Of a DNA stretch of 64,000 bases, positions 39,184-49,600 are shown piece by piece. The notes beneath the pieces are model-generated. The model was not told the origin of the DNA, made no database searches, and saw only the letters and a program-made list of their open reading frames with translations. This DNA is from an uncultured bacterium (GTDB lineage: Bacteria; Muiribacteriota; UBA6191). Position 1 is the first letter of the stretch; the number at the start of each line of letters is the position of its first letter. The stretch spans positions 729-64,728 of the forward strand of contig CAZRWM010000001.1 of the NCBI GenBank assembly GCA_964603885.1, read 5' to 3'. The position numbers and the translations under genes were made by a program.

Positions 39184-40020
39184 ATGAATAATATGAGTCC
39201 CGATTCCCAATGCTTACGATCTGTATCAGCGCTACGATTATCAAAATCAAACTTTGCCAAATCACTTAGAACTGAATCTATTGCGGAAGAACAGCCTTTG
39301 CACATTACGATTAAGCATCACGGGTCATTAGGCTTAACACTTTGCAGTCCTGGAAATTTAGATGATCTGGTAGTTGGGTTTTTGTTTACGGGAGGTTTTA
39401 TTGAGCAACTCGATGACATTTTGGAAATTGAGTGGATTGACAATAATCACTGCGAAGTTTCACTAAAATATTTACCAACCCTACCGGGAATCTCAGCCAA
39501 TAGTATTTCTCACAGTGCATGCGGAATTTGTCGCTTCGATGAATTAGAACATCTACCCTCACGTCAAACTTATTGGAGCGAACAACCGATTCCCAAACAC
39601 AAATTTTTCGAATGGTTCAAAGAACTTCAGCTCAGTCAACCGCAATTCATTCAAAGTGGGGGACTCCATGCTTCCGCACTATTTTCACCTGTTAACGGGC
39701 TTATTAAAGTTAGAGAGGACATAGGTAGGCATAACAGCATGGATAAACTTATCGGATCTGTCTTAAAAGAACAAAAATTTGATCGTCTATCTCATACCGT
39801 ACTACTACTGAGCGGTCGCGCAGGATTTGAGCTGCTTCAGAAGGCTGCTAGATCAGGAATAGCTATAGTCGCGGCGATTGGAGCCCCATCGTCTCTTGCT
39901 CTTGATATGGCTCGTAAATTTGGCATTACTCTTTTGGGATTCTTGAAATCGGAACGATTTAACATCTACTGCCATGCCAGTCGAATTGAGGGAATAGAAG
40001 ATGAAATTAAGGATACATAA
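39184..40020 (+). CDS. fdhD: formate dehydrogenase accessory sulfurtransferase FdhD
   Basis: Conserved SACGICR Cys motif and C-terminal GRAGFEL...AIGAPSSLA region. Confidence 0.85.
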   Translation: MNNMSPDSQCLRSVSALRLSKSNFAKSLRTESIAEEQPLHITIKHHGSLGLTLCSPGNLDDLVVGFLFTGGFIEQLDDILEIEWIDNNHCEVSLKYLPTLPGISANSISHSACGICRFDELEHLPSRQTYWSEQPIPKHKFFEWFKELQLSQPQFIQSGGLHASALFSPVNGLIKVREDIGRHNSMDKLIGSVLKEQKFDRLSHTVLLLSGRAGFELLQKAARSGIAIVAAIGAPSSLALDMARKFGITLLGFLKSERFNIYCHASRIEGIEDEIKDT

Positions 40021-40366
40021 AAATAGTATTCGCTTAAGACTTGATCGCAATGATTTTTATGAATTGAGTGATAGAAACGTACTAATTCAGTCATTGGAGA
40101 CATCGACTTACAAATGGAATTTTAGCATTTTGCTTGCTGAGGTCTTTAAAGTCGAGTTGAGTAATGAGGGCTTTAAATTTTTCATTCCTCATTCTGATTT
40201 TGATAACTTAAAAAGTACAAAATTAGAATATTTGAAATATATTGTAGATAATCTGAAGATCAGCATTGAAAAGGAATATTCTTGCTTGCATCCGTCCGAG
40301 CTGAAGACTCAAAAAAAGTCTGATTCTGCATTTTTTCCCAGACCTACGGAAGAGAGTAACCAATGA
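40001..40366 (+). CDS. small hypothetical protein between fdhD and molybdoenzyme gene
   Basis: 121-aa ORF overlapping both neighbours' ends (20 nt and 4 nt). No known motif. Confidence 0.35.
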   Translation: MKLRIHKNSIRLRLDRNDFYELSDRNVLIQSLETSTYKWNFSILLAEVFKVELSNEGFKFFIPHSDFDNLKSTKLEYLKYIVDNLKISIEKEYSCLHPSELKTQKKSDSAFFPRPTEESNQ

Positions 40367-42711
40367 ACGAGCCAACCAAGCCAAAACTTGATCATTCGGT
40401 AAATGAAACTTCTGCAAAGACTCAAAGTAAACCCCCTGCCGTCATACCGGACAAACTCGGCGAGCTTAAACTTCATCCTATTCCTGATAGTGCCGGAGGC
40501 TTGTCGGCCATTAAGTCAAGTCTTGAGCATTTACATTCTGAAACTGGTCTCATAAGAGGTACGCAGTTGATGCTTAAAGCTAATCAGAATAATGGTTTTG
40601 ATTGTCCAGGTTGTGCATGGCCGGACCCCGACGAGAAAAGAAGCTTTGCGGAATTTTGCGAAAATGGGGCAAAAGCAATAGCTGAAGAAGCAACTCAGCA
40701 TCGAGTAACTCCTGATTTTTTCTCCAAATATAGCGTAGATGAGCTACTGAAAAAAGATGATTACTGGCTAGGCAAACAAGGACGATTGACTCATCCAATG
40801 ATATTACGCGATAACACAAGATATTATGAACCAATATCATGGGAAAAAAGTTTCCAAATGATAAATAATCAGCTGAAGAAACATGATTCTCCCCATCAAT
40901 CTGTATTTTACACTTCTGGAAGAACTAGCAACGAAACCGCTTTTTTGTATCAATTAATGGTACGTAAACTGGGTACAAATAATTTGCCTGACTGCAGTAA
41001 TATGTGTCATGAATCTAGTGGTCAGGCACTCAAACAAAGTATCGGTGTAGGGAAGGGTACAGTAACTCTAAAAGACTTCGAGATAGCTGATATGATATTA
41101 ATTATAGGTCAGAATCCTGGTACCAATCACCCGAGAATGCTCAGTAGTCTTCAATCTGCAGTACGCAACGGCGCGACTATCATAACCATTAACCCATTAC
41201 TCGAAACCGCTAATCGAAGATTTCAACATCCACAGGAACCATTATCATTCTTAAGTTCTGGAACTTCGCTATCACAACTACATTTACCTATTAAAATTAA
41301 TGGCGATGTAGCTACCTTTCAAGGAATAAATAAACTACTTTTGGAAATGGAAAAGGAATATTCAACAATAGACTGGGATTTTCTAAAAACTTATTGTTTC
41401 GGTTATGAAGATTACTTCGAGCAGCTTAGAGAAATAAGCTGGGACGAAATACTAAAAGCTAGCGGCCTTTTAATGGATCAGATACATCGAAGTGTGGAAC
41501 TAATTCTTAAATCTAAAAAAATTATATGTTGCTGGGCTATGGGTCTAACACAACATGAAAATGCTATCGCCAACATACAAGAAGTCGTTCACTTCCTAGC
41601 AATGCGCGGAAACTTAGGACGCCCTGGTGCTGGAGTATGTCCTGTCAGAGGCCATAGCAATGTACAGGGTGATCGAACCATGGGAATATGGGAGCGTCCT
41701 AGCTCTCAATTTCTTGATAATCTTGAGAGGGTCTTTGATTTTGATCCGCCCCGTGAACATGGCTTTAATACAGTAGAAGCTATTCAGAAAATGCTTGAGC
41801 AAAAAGTGAAATTCATGTTCGCTATGGGAGGGAATTTTTTATCTGCAGCACCTGATACCAATCAAACAGCAAGAGCACTGCGAAGTCTCGAATTAAGTGT
41901 TCAAGTTTCCACAAAACTCAATCGTTCTCATCTAGTCACGGGAAAACGAGCCCTAATTCTTCCCTGTCTCGGCAGGAGCGAGAGCGATTTCCAAGAACAA
42001 GGACAGCAATTTCAAAGCGTAGAGAATTCTATGGGAATTGTACACTCCACTCAGGGAGACCTGAAGCCTGCAAGTGTTCACCTTAAAAGCGAAGTGTCAA
42101 TAATCTGCGAACTTGCTTCTACAATTCATCAGAAGAATCCAGTAGATTGGCTTTACTTAGCTCAAGATTACAATCGAATTCGTGATCTTATATCTCGATG
42201 TATCCCAGGTTTTGAGGATTATAATCAGAGGGTCAGAGACAAATACGGTTTTTATCTACCAAATCCTATTCGTGATGAGCGAAAATTCCCAACAGAAAAC
42301 GGAAAAGTAAATTTTTATTTACACGAAATCCCAAAATGGAAGTTACCTAAAGATCGCTACTTAATGATGACCATTCGAAGTCATGATCAATTCAATACGA
42401 CCATTTACGGTTTAGAGGATAGATACAGAGGAATAAGTGGAGATAGAAGAGTGCTTCTCATGAATTTACATGATATGAAAGATGCACAACTTGTCTCTGA
42501 ACAAGTAATAAATATACGAAGTCATTACAAAGGCGAATGTAGGCAAGTTAATAATTTCCGAGTCATACCGTTTGAGATTCCTCAAGGTTGTTGTGCCAGT
42601 TATTTTCCGGAAGCAAACCCTTTGGTACCGCTTCAATATACTGCAAAAGGTAGCATGACTCCGGTATCAAAATCGATTGTTATCGAAATCATCAATGTAG
42701 AATCAAATTAA
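40363..42711 (+). CDS. FdhF/YdeP-family molybdopterin oxidoreductase alpha subunit
   Basis: 782 aa. N-terminal CPGCAW Cys cluster, molybdopterin-binding domains, and characteristic Cys motifs (LPDCSNMCHESSG) of the YdeP subfamily. Confidence 0.8.
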   Translation: MNEPTKPKLDHSVNETSAKTQSKPPAVIPDKLGELKLHPIPDSAGGLSAIKSSLEHLHSETGLIRGTQLMLKANQNNGFDCPGCAWPDPDEKRSFAEFCENGAKAIAEEATQHRVTPDFFSKYSVDELLKKDDYWLGKQGRLTHPMILRDNTRYYEPISWEKSFQMINNQLKKHDSPHQSVFYTSGRTSNETAFLYQLMVRKLGTNNLPDCSNMCHESSGQALKQSIGVGKGTVTLKDFEIADMILIIGQNPGTNHPRMLSSLQSAVRNGATIITINPLLETANRRFQHPQEPLSFLSSGTSLSQLHLPIKINGDVATFQGINKLLLEMEKEYSTIDWDFLKTYCFGYEDYFEQLREISWDEILKASGLLMDQIHRSVELILKSKKIICCWAMGLTQHENAIANIQEVVHFLAMRGNLGRPGAGVCPVRGHSNVQGDRTMGIWERPSSQFLDNLERVFDFDPPREHGFNTVEAIQKMLEQKVKFMFAMGGNFLSAAPDTNQTARALRSLELSVQVSTKLNRSHLVTGKRALILPCLGRSESDFQEQGQQFQSVENSMGIVHSTQGDLKPASVHLKSEVSIICELASTIHQKNPVDWLYLAQDYNRIRDLISRCIPGFEDYNQRVRDKYGFYLPNPIRDERKFPTENGKVNFYLHEIPKWKLPKDRYLMMTIRSHDQFNTTIYGLEDRYRGISGDRRVLLMNLHDMKDAQLVSEQVINIRSHYKGECRQVNNFRVIPFEIPQGCCASYFPEANPLVPLQYTAKGSMTPVSKSIVIEIINVESN

Positions 42712-43129
42712 TCCTAAAAATTTTAAAGCACAATCTAACAGAGTCTCTTAAAAGTTCAGCTATGGTTTATTTTGTGCTAGCCGAACATAGTCCCATATTT
42801 GCAGGTGTTAGAAATATGATGGTGGTGTTGAACTTTATATTTACTAAAATTTTTCAGTCGGTAGTTACCTTTTAAGGATAGGTAATCCAATGATTTTAAT
42901 CACTTTCTCGTAAAACTAAATAAAAGTTATACAGAGTATTCATCGTCGAGTATTTAGAACATTAAACCTCTGAAAATAATTATTAACTGTCTGCGCTAGA
43001 TTCTAAGTTCGTGGACTAGCACTCATATATATATATTGCTGGATCTACTTCTTCAGTATAGATACAGGACCAGCATAATGTAGTATGCCTACCATCACAT
43101 AAGGGACATGATTTCGATTTTTCACAATA

Positions 43130-44158
43130 TCACTCTTCTTCATCTGGTTTAGTCAATAGTTTGATGAGACGTTCTTCTATTCTCTTACTTTCAACTAAAT
43201 CGTAGTTTTTACTCCAGTAATTTGAAAGCTTTCTACGATGTTCTATTAAAGCCTGGTAGGGAATCGACATTTTTTCTAATTTGGAAATTAACTCCACTGA
43301 TGTACGAGCCGCACCTTTAGGTAACAAAATATCGAGTACTTGTGACCTCAATTCCGATCCAACAAAAATAGTTTCTCGACTGGAAATTCTCTTACCTTCA
43401 ATAAATACAAAAGTTGTCTCTGTTAAAGCAGTTGGACTAAGCCATCTCTCCAATTGACCACTCAGATCAAATGGCCTAAGACGTGTAAAAACCTCTCGGT
43501 TATACGCCTTACGATACTGTTTAAAGGTAGGTACACGTAAAGCGAAATTTTGACGGTAAGCTTGGGCAGCTAAGCGCATTGAGTGACTTATGGTGAGGGA
43601 TGCTAGATTGATCATATAATCACGAGCATACATGAGAATAAATCGATTTATATTCTCATTAGAAATATTGTAATCTTGCCCTCCACTAGTCAGTTTGTTT
43701 TGAAGTTGTTGCTTCAGTAGTTTCTCAGCAAACTTTCTTAATATGAATTGAAATTCTCGGGCTCGCTTTCTTCCAACTGAATCTTTTTTTGATTTTGCTA
43801 TCTGGCGGTTTAGGTTAAATCTTATATCCATATCAAGATATAAAGAACATATTGCTTTAAACTGCGACCAATGGAGTGTTTCACGTGGATGTATGAGTGC
43901 TTTCTTAGAATCCCAGTTATACATTGGAAAATAGTAACTACTCCAACGACGTTTTAGCCATTTTTTTGTATTCTGAGACTTCAAGTTCGATCTTCGCTGT
44001 TCAAGTGAAGAAAACTTCTCAGTATCTAATCCATAATATTTAACTAAATTCAGGAATTCTTGATAAAAATCTGGCCGAAACAACTCCCTGGTATGTTGCA
44101 CTTGGGCACCACACACCATAAAGTGAAACTGCAGAAACAAAAGTATTTTAATGATCAA
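43130..44158 (-). CDS. secreted basic hypothetical protein
   Basis: N-terminal hydrophobic signal (MIIKILLFLQFHFMVCGAQV), K/R-rich. 342 aa, 3-nt gap from the upstream gene. Confidence 0.5.
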   Translation of the reverse strand: MIIKILLFLQFHFMVCGAQVQHTRELFRPDFYQEFLNLVKYYGLDTEKFSSLEQRRSNLKSQNTKKWLKRRWSSYYFPMYNWDSKKALIHPRETLHWSQFKAICSLYLDMDIRFNLNRQIAKSKKDSVGRKRAREFQFILRKFAEKLLKQQLQNKLTSGGQDYNISNENINRFILMYARDYMINLASLTISHSMRLAAQAYRQNFALRVPTFKQYRKAYNREVFTRLRPFDLSGQLERWLSPTALTETTFVFIEGKRISSRETIFVGSELRSQVLDILLPKGAARTSVELISKLEKMSIPYQALIEHRRKLSNYWSKNYDLVESKRIEERLIKLLTKPDEEE

Positions 44159-44161
44159 TCT

Positions 44162-45433
44162 TTAACGGAATCCCATGTCAAGACTTTGCTGAAAACGTAC
44201 TTCACCTCGCACCGATATGGATGCTTGGAAACGTTTTTTATGTGCTTCTGTAGCAGTCCTAACTTTTCGATCCAGTAAATCTAATTCGTTCACTAATTGT
44301 ATGAGAGGCTTGGTTGTCAATTCTTCTAAATCCGAAACATCATTGATACTAGTCCAGCCTTGCTGCGTCATCTTATGAATATTTAAAATTTCGCGTCTCA
44401 AAGCATCATATTGCTGAGCTACGTCCTCCAAAAAAACAATCGCCGCATAACGATTCAGGGTGTTAGAGCTTACTAACTTGGCGAATTGCTTTATAGATTC
44501 TGAGAAATGCTCTGTAAATTTGTAGCGATAAGTGGTTGCACTGCGCTTTTCTACTTGAATTAAATGCCCCCGTGAACTCCTCACCGGATTTTTAATTTGT
44601 CTGATGTATCGACGCAAAGAGCCGAGAATAGATTCTAAGTGCAAAAAACCATCAATAAGGTCATTTTGATAAGCCCTGCACAACTGACTTGTAATGCGAC
44701 CATCTCGAGCAGATTCCACTACGAAATATTGCATAAAAGCATGTTTCAATGCTTCTCTTGACCATGGCAGCAAATCTGCATCGACACTTTTTGTTGATGC
44801 CATGATGAAACTGGGTTTACGGTTTACCAATGCAATTAGAATTAAAGCGCGGGGTTTAACATCTTTTAACAGAATATCCCAATCATCACCATCGATATTA
44901 ATAATTTTCTTCCCCGAGCTGATTAGTCGAGAAATAACTGAAAAACGCATTTTAAAGTCAGTGAGATCATAGGCGTAGCCAAAAACCCTTGATTGCGCAA
45001 AAGATACATCTTCCTCTGGATTTTTAACGAGTTCGTCCATGTAATGCATTCTGTACTCGCTATCTCCGCCCTCACTGTAACCGATGACCACCTTACGCGA
45101 GTTATGATTAAACCTCAAAAAATCTCGCCAACGCTTACGTTTCACTTTCCGACTAAATTCTCGAAAATAATGTTCACTAAGTTGCAAAAAGACCAACGAG
45201 CCACTATCTGAATATATCCGATCTGGATCAATTTCTAACCATTTCTGACGTAACTCTAACGACCCTTTGAGCTGCTTATCTCTCAAAACTACTGGCTTAC
45301 TATCAACATAAGAACTTGGCGCAAATATATCAGAAAATCCATCGGTGAGATCATCATCATCGTCATAAGCAAAGTCAATCACTACAAATAGAGTGAATAA
45401 TGATAAAAAAATATACAGGCGCAATAATTGCAT
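44162..45433 (-). CDS. secreted hypothetical protein with poly-Asp tract after signal peptide
   Basis: Signal (MQLLRLYIFLSLFTLFVVIDFA) then YDDDDDL. 423 aa. No recognisable domain. Confidence 0.5.
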   Translation of the reverse strand: MQLLRLYIFLSLFTLFVVIDFAYDDDDDLTDGFSDIFAPSSYVDSKPVVLRDKQLKGSLELRQKWLEIDPDRIYSDSGSLVFLQLSEHYFREFSRKVKRKRWRDFLRFNHNSRKVVIGYSEGGDSEYRMHYMDELVKNPEEDVSFAQSRVFGYAYDLTDFKMRFSVISRLISSGKKIINIDGDDWDILLKDVKPRALILIALVNRKPSFIMASTKSVDADLLPWSREALKHAFMQYFVVESARDGRITSQLCRAYQNDLIDGFLHLESILGSLRRYIRQIKNPVRSSRGHLIQVEKRSATTYRYKFTEHFSESIKQFAKLVSSNTLNRYAAIVFLEDVAQQYDALRREILNIHKMTQQGWTSINDVSDLEELTTKPLIQLVNELDLLDRKVRTATEAHKKRFQASISVRGEVRFQQSLDMGFR

Positions 45434-45492
45434 TGTAAGGCTCCATTAATCAGTTACGACTTATGAAGACAATTGTTACCAGATCGTTGAAA

Positions 45493-46215
45493 TTAATCCG
45501 AAAGAGCCTTTTGGAGATTGGGCAAAATCGTGCCCGACTCCCCCTTTAAAAAAATAGTATGATTAGAAAAATCTGATTTTTCTGGATTTATTTCTATTAC
45601 AGGGATCTCCTCATTTATAGCATAAGGAACCATGCTTGCCGCTGGATATACAGCTAATGATGTTCCAACAACTACTAGGATGTCTGCATTTTTCACAGCA
45701 TTAATTGCCGTTTCCATGGTCCCAGGGTAAAGAGCTTCACCGAACCATACAATGTGAGGTCTAAGCATGGAGCCGCAGTGGCAGAATGGAGGAACCGTTT
45801 TAAAGGAGTCTAGACGATTTAAAACTCGATCTGTTTCAAGACAACGAACCTCTAGTAAATTGCCATGAAGACACACAATTTTGCGACTACCTGCTCGCTG
45901 ATGTAAGCCATCTACATTTTGTGTAACTAATAGAAATTCAGGATACTGATTTTCCCATTCAGCTAAAACTTCATGCCCCGCATTGGGCATGGCTTTAAAG
46001 GCTTTCTCACGTCTCCAGTTGTACCACTTCCATACTAACTCTGGGTCCTTATTAAATGCTTGCGGAGTAGCCAATTCCATAGGATTATAGCGACTCCAAA
46101 TTCCGTCGCCTTCAGAGTCACGGAAAGTATCCAACCCAGACTCTTTCGAGATACCCGCTCCTGTTAGAAGAACAACCCTTCGGGCTGATCTGAGATACTG
46201 TACAGCTTCTTCCAT
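45493..46215 (-). CDS. cobB: NAD-dependent protein deacylase (Sir2/CobB)
   Basis: GAGISKESGLDTFRD, HG motif (CLHGNL), degenerate Zn-ribbon (RC...CHC). Aligns along its whole length with short bacterial sirtuins (Sir2Tm). Confidence 0.85.
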   Translation of the reverse strand: MEEAVQYLRSARRVVLLTGAGISKESGLDTFRDSEGDGIWSRYNPMELATPQAFNKDPELVWKWYNWRREKAFKAMPNAGHEVLAEWENQYPEFLLVTQNVDGLHQRAGSRKIVCLHGNLLEVRCLETDRVLNRLDSFKTVPPFCHCGSMLRPHIVWFGEALYPGTMETAINAVKNADILVVVGTSLAVYPAASMVPYAINEEIPVIEINPEKSDFSNHTIFLKGESGTILPNLQKALSD

Positions 46216-46241
46216 GCAAACTCCTTATAGATGGACCACTA

Positions 46242-46625
46242 TTGTCCGAAAGGATACAACGAGAACGATTATTACATCCAGGAGCAAAGATGACCAACAT
46301 GTCTCAACGCAAACAGTTCAGTCTTCTAGAGGTATCTAATTTGACTCAAATAAAAAAGAAAACATTAGAACATTATTGTAAAACCTTTCTTGGTAATTTA
46401 GGTGCTGATAATGAAGTATCATCCTTGCCCAAAATAACTAGTTTTGAGATCCAATTACTTTTAATTGCCCATGAAACTTCAAAAAGAGGGTTCAGTACTT
46501 CTCAGGTGCGCGATATTATTTACGAAACTCAAAAGAAAGCTCGCAATCCCCTTCGATCAAACTTTGATTCTCTTGATGTAGATCAAAAACGTAAAGTAAT
46601 CGAAAAGTACGTGCGAGCACTCTAA
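46242..46625 (+). CDS. small putative HTH DNA-binding protein
   Basis: Segment FSLLEVSNLTQIKKKTLEHYCKTF resembles a MerR-like helix-turn-helix. Real start may be an internal Met (~46290). Confidence 0.35.
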   Translation: MSERIQRERLLHPGAKMTNMSQRKQFSLLEVSNLTQIKKKTLEHYCKTFLGNLGADNEVSSLPKITSFEIQLLLIAHETSKRGFSTSQVRDIIYETQKKARNPLRSNFDSLDVDQKRKVIEKYVRAL

Positions 46626-46683
46626 TTGTCGTGACCTTTAAGTTCGACTTTAATCCATCAGATAGCTTTTGGTAACATGAGGA

Positions 46684-49600
46684 ATGCCACTCAAAATAAG
46701 AATAGGAATTGATCAGGGCGGCACCTTTACAGATTGTATTGCTGCTTGCTCTAATTCGGTTGAAACCGCTACTTTTAGTTGTAAAGTCTTAACCAACAGT
46801 AACTGCCAGAATTACTCAGCACCCCATATTGGAGTCCGTCAATTAATTCAAAAAATCCAATCCAACTATCCCAATCATTCAATCGATGTAGAGTCTGTTA
46901 GACTTGGTACGACAATCACCACTAATGCTGTTTTACAAAATAAAGGTAAATCAGTAGGTGTCCTGATAACATCTGGTTTTGAAGATTTATTCTGGATCGG
47001 AGACCAGAGTCGTAAAGATATCTTCGATCTTAGAGGTCAAAATCCAAGACCCGCTTACTCAAAAATCTTGGGTGTTGAGGAAAGAGTTGTTCTAAAGCAA
47101 AACAATATTTATGTTGAAACTAAACCTCAAAAAGCACAAATCAGACCTCTACTCGATTACTTCAAAAATAATGATATTGAGAGCATTGCAATTTGTTTAA
47201 TTCATAGTTGGAAATTCACTGAACATGAACAACTTGTTGCAGAATGGTGTCGTAAAGCGGGCTTCTTAAATGTCTTCTGTTCGCATGAGGTGTCATACCA
47301 ACCCAATTTTCTCAAACGTTCATATTTGACCGTGATCGACGCAGGTCTGAGCCCTTTGATCTCTAATATTCAAAATGATTTTATTAAAAATTTAAATGAT
47401 CTAAAAGTACGCAAACACTGGTTCATGAAATCAGATGCAGGCCTTTGTAGCATCGGTAATTTTAGAGGATGTAATAGTCTACTTTCTGGACCCTGTGGAG
47501 GAGTAACTGCGCTCTCTAAGTTCTTCACTGATAATTTACCACTCATTGGATTCGACATGGGAGGTACTAGTAGTGACGTGACTCGTTTTGATGGCGAGGT
47601 AGATATATCGCTTGATCATACTATTGACGGACTACCAATGCATATTCCTCAAGTGAATATCGAAACTGTGGCAAATGGTGGGGGCTCTATCCTTAGCATT
47701 GAAGATGGATTATTAAAAGTCGGCCCGGAGAGCTCCGGCTCCTATCCCGGCCCCCTTTGCTATGGCTTCGATGGTAGGCTAAGTCTTAGTGATGCCAATA
47801 TTGTTTTGGGTCGATTACAACCTACTTTGATCAAAGCTTGTTTCGGAGTAAACCGAGATGAACCATTAAATGTATTGTTAGCCCGCAAAGGCTTTGAGAA
47901 TTTATTACGAATGAACCCTGAAGTAGTTTTTCGATCTATCGAGGAATTAGCAGAAGCCTTTGTCATGGTTGCCAATCAACAGATGAGTCAACCGATCTTA
48001 GAAGTCTCCTTAGCCAAAGGTTATGAATTAAACAAGCATAGCTTAGTATGTTTTGGAGCTGCTGCAGGCCAACATGCTTGTCAGATCGCCAAAGATTTAG
48101 GTCTTAAAAAAGTCTTGATCCATCATCAAGCGGGTTTACTCAGTGCAGCTGGTCTCTTGGCAGCATGTCCCGAGGATTACAAATATTATTACATAGGAAA
48201 ATGTATAGATTCCGTAACACTTCCTAAAAGCCTACCAGCTTGTCAAAGCCTAAGCGCTATCTGCCGCTATTCAAATACCAATACATTTTTAAAGATAGAC
48301 TGGCATCCAATAAAAAGTTTAAAATACCGATTCGAACAAGCCTTTTACAAACAATTTGGTTTCACGCACAAGAATGTAAAAATTTTGGTAGAGCATGCTG
48401 TCACTCACCATGCTGAAAAGGAGAAATCGCCGGAACTTGCATCACCAAATCAAATGCCTTCTAAACATGAGCAAAAAGTCTCGATGGTTAATATTTATGT
48501 CGGTGGTAAATATCAATCAATTCCTTGTTATCCCTGGCAGGATTATCCCCAAATAGCGGGGCCAGCGATTATTTATAATCAATTCACTTCTATTTTTGTG
48601 GAGCATGGATTTGAATGTTATTGGGACTCATCGGAAATCTTGACCTTAAAACTAGAAAAATCTGACATATCAAAATCAACTTTAAACGAAGCACTGCAAG
48701 TTTCACTTTTTGCTGGTAGGATTCAAAGTATTGCTCGCCAAATGGGACAAGTCTTACAAAAGACTGCATTATCGATAAATATCCGAGAGAGGCTGGACTT
48801 CAGCTGCGCAATATTCTCTCCCACCGGTGAACTCATTTGTAATGCACCACACATACCAGTTCACTTGGGTAGCATGTCTAGTACAGTTAAATCATTACTC
48901 CAAAAGTCAGATTACACGGATTTTCTTGAAGCTTGTTTGTCTAATTCCCAACAAGGGATTCTTTGTAATAGTCCTAATACTGGTGGAACTCATCTACCGG
49001 ATTTAACATTAATTAGTCCGATCGTTTTTGAAAATAAGTTATTAGGCTGGTTAGCAAGTAGAGGTCATCATTCGGATGTGGGTGGAATGTCTCCTGGCTC
49101 AATGTCAGCTCAAGCTCAGTATCTGTCTGACGAGGGCCTCTGTCTAGAGTTTTTATGGATAGTAAAAAAGGGTAGATTTTTGACAAAAGAATTTCAGGAA
49201 CAGCTAGAGAAGTCTGGTGCGCGTAATTCAAACCAAAATATTGCGGATGTGAAAGCACAATGGAATGCTAATTTAAAAGGACAAACACTACTCAAAGAGT
49301 ATTTACATGAATACGGATATTATAATTGGCTTCAGAACAAGGAGACTTTACTTCAAACGAGTCATAAAATATCTCAAAATTTACTAGACAAGTTACTGGA
49401 TAAATTCTTACAAAGTAGAGAATTTTTAGATGATGGCAGTCGACTTGAACTTCAAATCTTTCGTGAATCTGAGTTTATAGTTTTCGACTTCGGAGCATGC
49501 TCGAATGAAGTTAAAGGACCATTCAATGCCCCTAAAGCCATATCTTATTCTGCATTAATTTACTGTTTACGCTGTATGATCAATCGTAATATCCCCTTAA

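Noticed and set aside
42712-43129. The long AT-rich intergenic region as a structured RNA gene (tmRNA, RNase P RNA, 6S)
   Set aside because: It has no tRNA-like T-arm (GGTTCGAnTCC), no CCA-proximal acceptor pairing, and no RNase P conserved regions (AGGAAAGTCC-like). The composition is AT-simple, more consistent with a promoter or island junction spacer.
45493-46215. Sir2-domain protein as a possible anti-phage defence component (Thoeris/DSR-like)
   Set aside because: At 240 aa it aligns end-to-end with classical short CobB/Sir2Tm deacylases (GAGIS..G.D.FR, HG motif, Zn-ribbon remnant). It has no SLOG/TIR/STAND partner or extra N-terminal domain, so it is most likely a housekeeping deacylase.
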